Source of the DNA: Mantamonas sphyraenae STR306 | Lineage: Eukaryota; Protista; CRuMs | Assembly: GCA_026936335.1 (NCBI GenBank) | Contig: JAPMXV010000039.1 | Location: 62,001 to 126,000 of the forward strand | Length of the DNA: 64,000 nucleotides | Direction of reading: 5' to 3' | Shown here: positions 38,401-50,198 of the stretch, one piece after another | Numbering within the stretch: the stretch's first letter is position 1 | Layout of the letters: each line of letters begins with the position of its first letter | Translations under genes and position numbers: made by a program | The notes under the pieces: generated by a model | What the model saw: the letters and a program-made list of their open reading frames with translations, nothing else | What the model was told of the DNA's origin: nothing | Databases searched by the model: none

Positions 38401-41400
38401 GTGGATCGATCAGCAACACGAATGGACTGAGCGCTGGGAGCAGCGGAGCGGTGAACGGCGACGGAAGCGCAGTTGGGTTCGACTTTGGCAACGGAGTGGT
38501 GAACAGCGGCGACAACGTGGCGAACGGCGACGACGTGATCAGCGTGGGGATTGTGGCGGTGGTTGAAGACGTGGGTGGAAACGGAGCGGGACGTGTGCTG
38601 AGCGCGTGGGGCGTGTACTCGCATGACAGCGGCAGCATCGGGAGCGGTGCGGTGACGTTTGAAGTTGTGGAACCGCAGCTGGCAGCTGTGAGTGTGGTGT
38701 CGAATGTGAGCAGCGCAGACGCTGGAGACGTGGTGCGCGTGAACGTGAGTGTGTACCACACGAGCGGATCGAGTGCAGCGGCGTCGGACATTGTGGTGTC
38801 TGACTGGCTGGTTGGGAACGCCCTGGAGCTTGTGGTGGGAAGCGTGCAGGCGACGATTGTGGGAGGAGGAGACAGCAGCGTGGCTGTGGTGAGCAGTGGC
38901 AACACGGGCGGAGACGGCAACGTGCTTGTGAACGTGAGCAGGCTTGCTGTGGGCGACCGACTTGACGTTGTGTTTGAGGCGGTTGTGTCGAACGTGGTGC
39001 GGCCGTCGAGTGTGGTGCGTGACGACGTGTATGTGCGATACGACAGTGCAGAGGGCATTGGCGGGCGTGTGAACGAGACACGTGGAAGCATTGCAGGAGG
39101 GGTGACAATCACGGCAGCGTCTGGAGTGGCAGGGCCGCGTCTGGACATCTACGGAACGAGCGTGAGCGCGACGGGAGTGGCGGCGCTGAACAACACTGTG
39201 ACGGACGTTGCGGTGGGAGAGCGTGTGTACATCTCGCTGAACGCGACGCTTGTGGAAGGCACACAACGGGTTGTGCTGAACGCATCTGTGGTGCCAGCGG
39301 GTCTGGTGCGTATTGAGAGCGCGACGGTGCTGAAGATTGGTGGATCGATCAGCAACACGAATGGACTGAGCGCTGGGAGCAGCGGAGCGGTGAACGGCGA
39401 CGGAAGCGCAGTTGGGTTCGACTTTGGCAACGGAGTGGTGAACAGCGGCGACAACGTGGCGAACGGCGACGACGTGATCAGCGTGGGGATTGTGGCGGTG
39501 GTTGAAGACGTGGGTGGAAACGGAGCGGGACGTGTGCTGAGCGCGTGGGGCGTGTACTCGCACGACAGCGGCAGCATCGGGAGCGGTGCGGTGACGTTTG
39601 AAGTTGTGGAACCGCAGCTGGCAGCAGTGAGTGTGGTGTCGAATGTGAGCAGCGCAGACGCTGGAGACGTGGTGCGCGTGAACGTGAGTGTGTACCACAC
39701 GAGCGGATCGAGTGCAGCGGCGTCGGACATTGTGGTGTCTGACTGGCTGGTTGGGAACGCCCTGGAGCTTGTGGTGGGAAGCGTGCAGGCGACGATTGTG
39801 GGAGGAGGAGACAGCAGCGTGGCTGTGGTGAGCAGTGGCAACACGGGCGGAGACGGCAACGTGCTTGTGAACGTGAGCAGGCTTGCTGTGGGCGACCGAC
39901 TGGACGTTGTGTTTGAGGCGGTTGTGTCGAACGTGGTGCGGCCGTCAAGTGTGGTGCGTGACGACGTGTATGTGCGATACGACAGTGCAGAGGGCATTGG
40001 CGGGCGTGTGAACGAGACACGTGGAAGCATTGCAGGAGGGGTGACAATCACGGCAGCGTCTGGAGTGGCAGGGCCGCGTCTGGACATCTACGGAACGAGC
40101 GTGAGCGCGACGGGAGTGGCGGCGCTGAACAACACTGTGACGGACGTTGCGGTGGGAGAGCGTGTGTACATCTCGCTGAACGCGACGCTTGTGGAAGGCA
40201 CACAACGGGTTGTGCTGAACGCATCTGTGGTGCCAGCGGGTCTGGTGCGTATTGAGAGCGCGACGGTGCTGAGGATTGGTGGATCGATCAGCAACACGAA
40301 TGGACTGAGCGCTGGGAGCAGCGGAGCGGTGAACGGCGACGGAAGCGCAGTTGGGTTCGACTTTGGCAACGGAGTGGTGAACAGCGGCGACAACGTGGCG
40401 AACGGCGACGACGTGATCAGCGTGGGGATTGTGGCGGTGGTTGAAGACGTGGGTGGAAACGGAGCGGGACGTGTGCTGAGCGCGTGGGGCGTGTACTCGC
40501 ACGACAGCGGCAGCATCGGGAGCGGTGCGGTGACGTTTGAAGTTGTGGAACCGCAGCTGGCAGCAGTGAGTGTGGTGTCGAATGTGAGCAACGCAGACGC
40601 TGGAGACGTGGTGCGTGTGAACGTGAGTGTGTACCACACGAGCGGATCGAGTGCAGCGGCGTCGGACATTGTGGTGTCTGACTGGCTGGTTGGGAACGCC
40701 CTGGAGCTTGTGGTGGGAAGCGTGCAGGCGACGATTGTGGGAGGAGGAGACAGCAGCGTGGCTGTGGTGAGCAGTGGCAACACGGGCGGAGACGGCAACG
40801 TGCTTGTGAACGTGAGCAGGCTTGCTGTGGGGCGACCGACTGGACGTTGTGTTTGAGGCGGTTGTGTCGAACGTGGTGCGGCCGTCAAGTGTGGTGCGTG
40901 ACGACGTGTATGTGCGATACGACAGTGCAGAGGGCATTGGCGGGCGTGTGAACGAGACACGTGGAAGCATTGCAGGAGGGGTGACAATCACGGCAGCGTC
41001 TGGAGTGGCAGGGCCGCGTCTGGACATCTACGGAACGAGCGTGAGCGCGACGGGAGTGGCGGCGCTGAACAACACTGTGACGGACGTTGCGGTGGGAGAG
41101 CGTGTGTACATCTCGCTGAACGCGACGCTTGTGGAAGGCACACAACGGGTTGTGCTGAACGCATCTGTGGTGCCAGCGGGTCTGGTGCGTATTGAGAGCG
41201 CGACGGTGCTGAGGATTGGTGGATCGATCAGCAACACGAATGGACTGAGCGCTGGGAGCAGCGGAGCGGTGAACGGCGACGGAAGCGCAGTTGGGTTCGA
41301 CTTTGGCAACGGAGTGGTGAACAGCGGCGACAACGTGGCGAACGGCGACGACGTGATCAGCGTGGGGATTGTGGCGGTGGTTGAAGACGTGGGTGGAAAC

Positions 41401-44400
41401 GGAGCGGGACGTGTGCTGAGCGCGTGGGGCGTGTACTCGCACGACAGCGGCAGCATCGGGAGCGGTGCGGTGACGTTTGAAGTTGTGGAACCGCAGCTGG
41501 CAGCAGTGAGTGTGGTGTCGAATGTGAGCAGCGCAGACGCTGGAGACGTGGTGCGTGTGAACGTGAGTGTGTACCACACGAGCGGATCGAGTGCAGCGGC
41601 GTCGGACATTGTGGTGTCTGACTGGCTGGTTGGGAACGCCCTGGAGCTTGTGGTGGGAAGCGTGCAGGCGACGATTGTGGGAGGAGGAGACAGCAGCGTG
41701 GCTGTGGTGAGCAGTGGCAACACGGGCGGAGACGGCAACGTGCTTGTGAACGTGAGCAGGCTTGCTGTGGGCGACCGACTTGACGTTGTGTTTGAGGCGG
41801 TTGTGTCGAACGTGGTGCGGCCGTCGAGTGTGGTGCGTGACGACGTGTATGTGCGATACGACAGTGCAGAGGGCATTGGCGGGCGTGTGAACGAGACACG
41901 TGGAAGCATTGCAGGAGGGGTGACAATCACGGCAGCGTCTGGAGTAGCAGGGCCGCGTCTGGACATCTACGGAACGAGCGTGAGCGCGACGGGAGTGGCG
42001 GCGCTGAACAACACTGTGACGGACGTTGCGGTGGGAGAGCGTGTGTACATCTCGCTGAACGCGACGCTTGTGGAAGGCACACAACGGGTTGTGCTGAACG
42101 CATCTGTGGTGCCAGCGGGTCTGGTGCGTATTGAGAGCGCGACGGTGCTGAGGATTGGTGGATCGATCAGCAACACGAATGGACTGAGCGCTGGGAGCAG
42201 CGGAGCGGTGAACGGCGACGGAAGCGCAGTTGGGTTCGACTTTGGCAACGGAGTGGTGAACAGCGGCGACAACGTGGCGAACGGCGACGACGTGATCAGC
42301 GTGGGGATTGTGGCGGTGGTTGAAGACGTGGGTGGAAACGGAGCGGGACGTGTGCTGAGCGCGTGGGGCGTGTACTCGCACGACAGCGGCAGCATCGGGA
42401 GCGGTGCGGTGACGTTTGAAGTTGTGGAACCGCAGCTGGCAGCAGTGAGTGTGGTGTCGAATGTGAGCAGCGCAGACGCTGGAGACGTGGTGCGCGTGAA
42501 CGTGAGTGTGTACCACACGAGCGGATCGAGTGCAGCGGCGTCGGACATTGTGGTGTCTGACTGGCTGGTTGGGAACGCCCTGGAGCTTGTGGTGGGAAGC
42601 GTGCAGGCGACGATTGTGGGAGGAGGAGACAGCAGCGTGGCTGTGGTGAGCAGTGGCAACACGGGCGGAGACGGCAACGTGCTTGTGAACGTGAGCAGGC
42701 TTGCTGTGGGCGACCGACTGGACGTTGTGTTTGATGCGGTTGTGTCGAACGTGGTGCGGCCGTCGAGTGTGGTGCGTGACGACGTGTATGTGCGATACGA
42801 CAGTGCAGAGGGCATTGGCGGGCGTGTGAACGAGACACGTGGAAGCATTGCAGGAGGGGTGACAATCACGGCAGCGTCTGGAGTGGCAGGGCCGCGTCTG
42901 GACATCTACGGAACGAGCGTGAGCGCGACGGGAGTGGCGGCGCTGAACAACACTGTGACGGACGTTGCGGTGGGAGAGCGTGTGTACATCTCGCTGAACG
43001 CGACGCTTGTGGAAGGCACACAACGGGTTGTGCTGAACGCATCTGTGGTGCCAGCGGGTCTGGTGCGTATTGAGAGCGCGACGGTGCTGAGATTGGTGGA
43101 TCGATCAGCAACACGAATGGACTGAGCGCTGGGAGCAGCGGAGCGGTGAACGGCGACGGAAGCGCAGTTGGGTTCGACTTTGGCAACGGAGTGGTGAACA
43201 GCGGCGACAACGTGGCGAACGGCGACGACGTGATCAGCGTGGGGATTGTGGCGGTGGTTGAAGACGTGGGTGGAAACGGAGCGGGACGTGTGCTGAGCGC
43301 GTGGGGCGTGTACTCGCACGACAGCGGCAGCATCGGGAGCGGTGCGGTGACGTTTGAAGTTGTGGAACCGCAGCTGGCAGCAGTGAGTGTGGTGTCGAAT
43401 GTGAGCAGCGCAGACGCTGGAGACGTGGTGCGCGTGAACGTGAGTGTGTACCACACGAGCGGATCGAGTGCAGCGGCGTCGGACATTGTGGTGTCTGACT
43501 GGCTGGTTGGGAACGCCCTGGAGCTTGTGGTGGGTAGCGTGCAGGCGACGATTGTGGGAGGAGGAGACAGCAGCGTGGCTGTGGTGAGCAGTGGCAACGC
43601 GGGCGGAGACGGCAACGTGCTTGTGAACGTGAGCAGGCTTGCTGTGGGCGACCGACTGGACGTTGTGTTTGAGGCGGTTGTGTCGAACGTGGTGCGGCCG
43701 TCGAGTGTGGTGCGTGACGACGTGTATGTGCGATACGACAGTGCAGAGGGCATTGGCGGGCGTGTGAACGAGACACGTGGAAGCATTGCAGGAGGGGTGA
43801 CAATCACGGCAGCGTCTGGAGTGGCAGGGCCGCGTCTGGACATCTACGGAACGAGCGTGAGCGCGACGGGAGTGGCGGCGCTGAACAACACTGTGACGGA
43901 CGTTGCGGTGGGAGAGCGTGTGTACATCTCGCTGAACGCGACGCTTGTGGAAGGCACACAACGGGTTGTGCTGAACGCATCTGTGGTGCCAGCGGGTCTG
44001 GTGCGTATTGAGAGCGCGACGGTGCTGAGGATTGGTGGATCGATCAGCAACACGAATGGACTGAGCGCTGGGAGCAGCGGAGCGGTGAACGGCGACGGAA
44101 GCGCAGTTGGGTTCGACTTTGGCAACGGAGTGGTGAACAGCGGCGACAACGTGGCGAACGGCGACGACGTGATCAGCGTGGGGATTGTGGCGGTGGTTGA
44201 AGACGTGGGTGGAAACGGAGCGGGACGTGTGCTGAGCGCGTGGGGCGTGTACTCGCACGACAGCGGCAGCATCGGGAGCGGTGCGGTGACGTTTGAAGTT
44301 GTGGAACCGCAGCTGGCAGCAGTGAGTGTGGTGTCGAATGTGAGCAGCGCAGACGCTGGAGACGTGGTGCGCGTGAACGTGAGTGTGTACCACACGAGCG

Positions 44401-47400
44401 GATCGAGTGCAGCGGCGTCGGACATTGTGGTGTCTGACTGGCTGGTTGGGAACGCACTGGAGCTTGTGGTGGGTAGCGTGCAGGCGACGATTGTGGGAGG
44501 AGGAGACAGCAGCGTGGCTGTGGTGAGCAGTGGCAACACGGGCGGAGACGGCAACGTGCTTGTGAACGTGAGCAGGCTTGCTGTGGGTGACCGACTGGAC
44601 GTTGTGTTTGTTGTTCGATTGATCGGAACTGTTCTGCCGAATCAAGTTGTAAGCGATGATGTACGCGTTGTGTACGACAGTGCGGAAGGCATCGGCGGCC
44701 GTGTGAATGTGTCTGTGTCTTCGCTGTCACCTCCGATTTTGGTGGTGTCTCCTCCGGAGATTGTTTCGTTTGTGTCGGGATCCTTCGACCCGAAGAACCG
44801 CGTGTATGGGGCACTGGACTACTTCGACATCACCTTTGATCAACCGACCAACCAGCTGCCCGTTGCTACTAAGGAGGATATTGGCCGTTTGTTCAACTTC
44901 ACTCATGACTTGGGAACTGCGTACTCCGGCTTGTGGCTCAACAATGGGTCTGTCCTTCGCATTACGATCGATGATCCTGCGTACGGAGGTTCTGGTTTGC
45001 CTTATCCGCCCGTTGTTAATGTGACACGGGTTGTGATTTCGGGTCCCGTACGTGACATGCGCAATCTGTCAACAGACTCTCGGGAGGGCTCTGGGCCACT
45101 GCAGGGCCACTTTGGAACGTTCCCGTATCGTGTGGTGTCCGTTGGAGCACCATCACATACTCAGCTCGTTTTGGAGTTTAATCTGAATGTTACTGGGTCC
45201 AACCGAACCAATTGGACCCGGGCTGAAGTGGACGACCTTGTGCAGCTTACAGTAGCAAGCGGACGCAACTTTACTGGTGTGTGGAACAGCAGCACGGTGC
45301 TGATTATCACGTACGATCCGCCGCTTGTGCCACTAGCGTTGGCGTCTCTTAACCTCACAGTTGGTGGGGAGCCTCTGCAGGTTGGCTCTGGGTCAGTGCC
45401 TACAGGTAGCGGTGGTGGTGGTGGTGGTGGTGGCTCTGTTGGTGGTGGCGGTCTGGGTTCGTCGTTTGTCGTCACGTGGCCAGATGGGCCTGTGCTGATC
45501 GAGTTCCGTGTGTTTGATCCCCTGGACGACGACATTTACTTGGACAATGGGGACGTGTTCGTCCTTGTATTCTCAGAGAACACGGACCAACCCGATGTGT
45601 CCACCAAGGCGGCGCTTGACGCCTTGTTCACATGGACAGGACCGCTGGCCAGCGACTACACCGGAGTGTGGGTGAATGGGACACACTTGTACATCACAGT
45701 GACAGGTGTGAGTGGAAGTGGAGCCACTGTGGGCAGCACAGGGGTCACCTTGTCCGGAGGAATTCGCAACGAGGCCATGACATCCCTGCCAGCAACGGGC
45801 TCACTGGTTCTGACTGGGAACATGGGACTGCGTTCAGCACCAGGTGCTCTCTGTGGTAGCGTCTGACCCTGTAAATCTGGACGCGGTGCTCGGTCCGGGA
45901 GATTTGATCACCTTCAATTTTTCGTTGCCAACAAACACACCACCGGTGAGGACGAGTTCTGATGTGCTCAAGCTGTTCCAATTCAGCGAAGAGATTGAAT
46001 ATGAGCTGACCGGACGCTGGATCAACGCGCACCTGCTGGAGGTGAAGATCGTAGAGTATGTCAACATCACCAGGGCGTCCGGCACTGGCAACAGCACATC
46101 CGCGAACACGACCTCAGCGACGAGCGATACAGCAACACGACGCCGTGGTGAGCGCGTGGGTGGACGCAAGCTGCTGCGTTTGGATGACACGCAAAGCGGG
46201 GCGTCGGCGCAGCAGGCACAGATCCGTGGGTTCAGTCCCAGTGTGGGCGAGAATGTGAACGGAACCGGGTTCAATTCTGGCCCAAAGCTGGATGGTTCGT
46301 TCAAGGTGACTCTTCTGGGAGGGATCCGTCGTGCGGACAACAACAGCGTGGAAAGCTCGGGTACGTTCAACCTCACCGGCAACTGGGGTCTTGGACCGGC
46401 GCCATGTCCAGTATTGGTAACTGCCGCCGATCCTGACTCTGCTGACTTTGAGTTTGGCAAGGGGGACACTGTGACGGTGGTGTTTGCGAATTGGACCAAC
46501 ACACCGAACATGGCGTCGAAGGAGCAAATCGACCGTCTGTTGTTCTTCACTTCGCCTCTGGGAGCCAACTACACGGGACGTTGGGTCAGTCTGGACACAT
46601 TCGAGATCACCATTACAGATCCAGGTGCGGTGAAGGCCATTCCGACCGACGGATCGTTCTATGTGATGACTCGGGCGCGGCCATTTAACGAGAGTGGTGG
46701 CATTCGACTGTTCGGGTCGTTGTCACTGACGTCGACATGTGCAGCACCTTTGATCGGTGAATGGGGCCCCGGTGGGTGCCGCGGAGCAGACTGGACAAAG
46801 CGAGCTATTGTGATCGTGTTGGGATTTGCCTGTGTGGGTGTGTTGCTGTGGTGGCTGGCGGTGAGCAAGATGCTCGCCCCGGAGGCTGAGGACCTTGGTA
46901 AGCTGGAGAAGAAGTGGAAGCGATCGGCTGTGGCGCCGTCGCTGTTTGAAATTGCCAAGCTTGAGGAGGAACGGCGCAAGCGCAACGATCCCTCCAGATG
47001 GCGCCGAATCGGACGCAGGTTTGGTGGGGTGTACGACATGTTTGACGACCGCAGGTATCTGACGAACCAGATGGGTACCTACTACGCCATTTCGTCCATG
47101 GGAGGCAAGGTTGGCGCGCTGCTTATGGTGATGCTGTTGGTGGAAGTTGTGTTGCTTTTGGTGTGGCAAGAGTGCAACTGGCCCTGGTGGACATTCCTGT
47201 TCTGTGCGTTGGTGGAACTCCTGGCCGTGACGGGTTGCTGGTATTCGCTGAAGAGGAAGAAGTTTGTGGTTCGGGAGCGTGCCTTTGCCAAGTTGACGGC
47301 GGGCAAGAACAAGTTGCAGGCCATGAAGGCCATCGGTGCACTGAAGACGATGCCGTTTGAGATTGACAACGTCCGTACAGGTGAAGGCGAGGAGACAGAG

Positions 47401-47812
47401 GAGGTGGATGTGGAAGCGTCCACGGCTGTACGTACGCTGTCGGCGCTTCCGAGCCTTTCAACGCGACCTGAGCGCTTCAACGACTCGCGTGTGGCTTGGG
47501 AGGGAGGAGAGGAGGAGGATGAGTTGGAGGAAGAGGAAGACATTGACAGCGGCGAAGATGATGAGGTTGCTGTGCATTCTGCGCTGCCGTCGATCCCAGC
47601 CCCTGCGTCTCTGCGTTCGGCAGACAATGCAAAGGGAGGTGGAACGACCCAAGGTGGCAAGAAAGCAGGGCAAGGTGATCCGTCCGATGGGTGAGGTGCG
47701 CGAACTGCCAAAGGTTGCTCGTCCTCGTCCATCGCAGAAGGTGGAAGGAAACCGTGCAAGCCCGGCAGTGCTGGGCTTGTCTCCTGTGAGCACTGTGGAA
47801 GACGAAGATTAA
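20477..47812 (+). CDS. Giant (~8,900 aa) cell-surface adhesin-like protein: signal peptide, tandem DUF11/fimbrial-like beta-sandwich domains, membrane-proximal repeats, 3 predicted TM helices, acidic cytosolic tail
   Basis: Exons 20477 (or 20525)-20588, 20678-20958, 21213-21330 and 21456-47812. Signal CYLALLAFVTVTSAVYA. ORF-track pieces 21431-26425, 26407-30342 ... 45844-47694 are contiguous and joined by single-base indels. The C-terminus most likely continues in the frame ending at TAA 47812 (better codon usage, PKVAR duplicated) rather than TGA 47694. Confidence 0.85.
26338..34912 (+). repeat. Tandem array A: 903-bp (301-aa) unit, ~9.5 near-identical copies
   Basis: Marker aacggaagcgttga recurs at about 26369, 27271, 28174, 29077, 29980, 30884, 31788, 32693, 33596 and 34501. 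Confidence 0.97.
34903..44610 (+). repeat. Tandem array B: 939-bp (313-aa) unit, ~10.3 near-identical copies
   Basis: Marker gaaccgcagctggcag recurs at about 34912, 35851, 36790, 37730, 38670, 39609, 40548, 41488, 42427, 43365 and 44304. Confidence 0.97.
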
Positions 47813-47868
47813 CCCCCTGGGAATGAACATGGCCTTGGTTCTCAATGTGTGTTTGCATTGTGTGCAAA

Positions 47869-48957
47869 TCAGGCAGAGATGCCGACTTGCTTCTGGAAAT
47901 CCAACTCGTTCTGGGCCTTGAACACCTTCTCGATCTTGCCGTCGAAGAAAGAGAAGATGTACACGTACTTGCCGGCGTAGGACTGGTTGGTGGCGCCGGT
48001 GCCATTGTAGTCTGCGCCGGAGAAGGTGCCTTGTGCGGAGACAAGGACAACGACCTTGTCGTCGTCGCAGAGGACGTCGAGAAGCTCGATGGCATAGTCC
48101 GGGAACGAGGCATGCAGGGTAGCCTGGACCTCCATGTACTCTTGCACGGTGGAGACGCCAGTGACGCCCTCCACAGTGGCCTGGGAGGTGAAAAGGCCAG
48201 CAATCTCGTCCCAACCTGAACAAAGTACAGCGAGTGCGGGTCAGCGAGGGTCCGGGAGGGTGCGAGGACAAAGGGCATGCGTCGTGCAGGATGGGAAACA
48301 TGGAGCGGCCACTGGCTCTTTGTGCACGGGTAGCCACGTGGGGCCGGGTCGGGCAATTTGCAGGGCGGAAAGGTTGCGGCGGGAGGGGATTTTCGCGTTT
48401 GCTGAAATGAAAGCGAGAGAAAACGGGGACGGACGGAGTGTTGGGAACCTACCTCCTTCGGCAGTGTAAAGGGTCATGATGACCTTCTTGACAGCAAGCT
48501 CCTCCTCATGCTCAGTCTCCTTGAGGTGTTCGCGCATGAGGGTGCCGCGGATCTCGTTGAGGAGATGCTGGAAGCTGGTCTGCTGCCAGGTGATGAACTG
48601 GCCGCTGACATCGGAGGAGTATTCGGCGCTCCAAATGATGAGGGTGCTGTTTTCCTCGGTGATGCGCTTGCATGAGACGCGGGTGAGGGCTGCGTCGACC
48701 TCGGAATCGTGGTTGAGACCAACGAGCTCGTAGGCGAGAGTGTACTCCTGGTCGTTGAGCTCGATCAGCTGGTGCTGCTGCTGCTCACCGGACTTCCATG
48801 TGACGGAGCGCACAGCACCCACTTCGGTCTGGTTGGCGACGTCGAGGGCGTCCACCGAATCGATGAGGTGCAGGGGAAAGTCAAACTTGCGCAGGGAGGC
48901 CCAGACAGCGTCAATGGGCAGAGGAACGATGGCCGAAGCGGAAGCAGAGGTGGACAT
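47869..48957 (-). CDS. Fusion of a START/Bet v1 (polyketide cyclase/dehydrase-like) domain and a SnoaL/NTF2-like ester-cyclase domain
   Basis: Exons 48957-48453 and 48215-47869 splice to ...YTAEG-GWDEIAG... Domain 1: SAIVPLPIDAVWASLRKFDFP...EVGAVRSV...LIELNDQEYTLAYEL. Domain 2: LHASFPDYAIELLDVLCDDDKVVV...GTFSG...ATN......FDGKI. Confidence 0.8.
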
Positions 48958-49045
48958 GATAGCGTGTAGCGAGCAGTTGGGTTGTTGGGGTTGTTGCGCT
49001 GGATCAAAGGGCGTGTGAGCAAACACCCCAAACGGTTCCAAAACG

Positions 49046-49298
49046 ATGATTCTGCAGCATCTGAAGAAGCTGAATGGCAAACGAATTGTGTTGGCGAGTG
49101 GTTCGCCACGCAGGAAGGAGCTTCTTGAGCAGGTGGGTCTGCAGTTTGCGGTGCAGCGGAGCAGCTTCGAAGAGGATCTTGACAAAGGGTTGTTCTCCGA
49201 GCCCGGAGAGTATGTGCGTGCCACCGCTCGTGGAAAGGGCGTGGATGTATGGAAGACATTGGGGGAGGAAGCGATGTCGGGGACAGGGACAGAGACAC

Positions 49299-49330
<32 letters not shown>

Positions 49331-49963
49331 TGTGGGGAGGGTTCAGAGACAACGGTTGTGATCGCCTGTGACACCACGGTGGTGGTGGAAAACAGCATTC
49401 TGGAGAAGCCGGCAGACGAGGAGGAGGCAATTTCCATGTTGAGTCGCTTGAGTGGCAACAGTGTGGATGTGATCAGTGCGGTGGTGTTGCTTGTGGGGCG
49501 GACAGGTGCGGACGCGGACTCGGACGCGGTGGTGGAACGCAGCTGGTTTGAAACCACCAAGGTGCATTTTGCAGAGCTGGACCAGCAGGAAATCGAAGCT
49601 TACGTGGCCACGGGTGAGCCCATGGACAAGGCAGGGGCGGTGAGTGGTGTTGCTGGATGAGGGAGTGAACAAGAGCGAGAGAAGGAGCACGGCTGTTCAT
49701 TCTGTGTGTGCTGGGTGGGTGGGGGGGGGGGGAAGGGAAATGGTGACAGTGACTGACACAACCAACAACAACACACACCGGGATGCGGTTTGTTTGTGTG
49801 TGTTGTGTGTGTGTGTGTGTCTGTGGGGCAGTTTGGCATCCAAGGCCAAGCGGGTGCGTTGATCACAGGCATAGAGGGAGACTACAACACTGTGGTCGGG
49901 TTTCCGTTGCACTCGTTCTGTGCCCATGTGGCCAGGCTCGTCGAGGAGGGAGTCCTGGCGTGA
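49046..49963 (+). CDS. Maf-family dTTP/UTP pyrophosphatase (ASMTL N-domain/YhdE-like)
   Basis: Exons 49046-49639 and 49832-49963. Motifs IVLASGSPRRKELL, S.FEEDL, IACDTTVV...ILEKP, YVATGEPMDKAGA-FGIQG and IEGDYNTVVGFP. Confidence 0.93.
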
Positions 49964-50198
49964 ACAGCTTGTTCATGAGGACAGAGAGAGGGCCTCAAGG
50001 GAGTCTGCATGCGAGGCAGCTCTGGACACACATCCCCCCACCTGCTCCCACCAACGAGCATGCAAAGACAAGCAAAGAGGAGTGCGGCCAATGAAAATTG
50101 AACGAATGACATACACGCGGGGAGTGGAAGGGGCGGAAGGGGGACACCAATCCAGCTGGCACAGGTGTGGTGAAGGCAAAAGGATGATCGAAAGCCCA

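Noticed and set aside
26338-44610. Arrays as transposon or viral insertions
   Set aside because: No terminal repeats, target-site duplications or transposase/RT motifs; the units are in frame and homologous to the gene's own unique domains.
26266-44814. Very long minus-strand ORFs (up to ~1,350 aa) across the arrays
   Set aside because: Shadow ORFs caused by repeat periodicity and sense-strand codon bias; the His/Arg/Ser-rich products have no protein-like features.
26390-47640. Many frameshifts in the giant gene (about 26397, 30103, 31747, 32600, 34018-34840, 37335, 38365, 40830, 43090, 45840, 47635) read as pseudogenisation, programmed frameshifting or phase variation
   Set aside because: They are isolated 1-2 nt indels, mostly at short homopolymers and each in a single repeat copy, with no nonsense substitutions. 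The conserved NSUN2 gene has one too. Unpolished long-read error is the simplest explanation; raw reads would decide.
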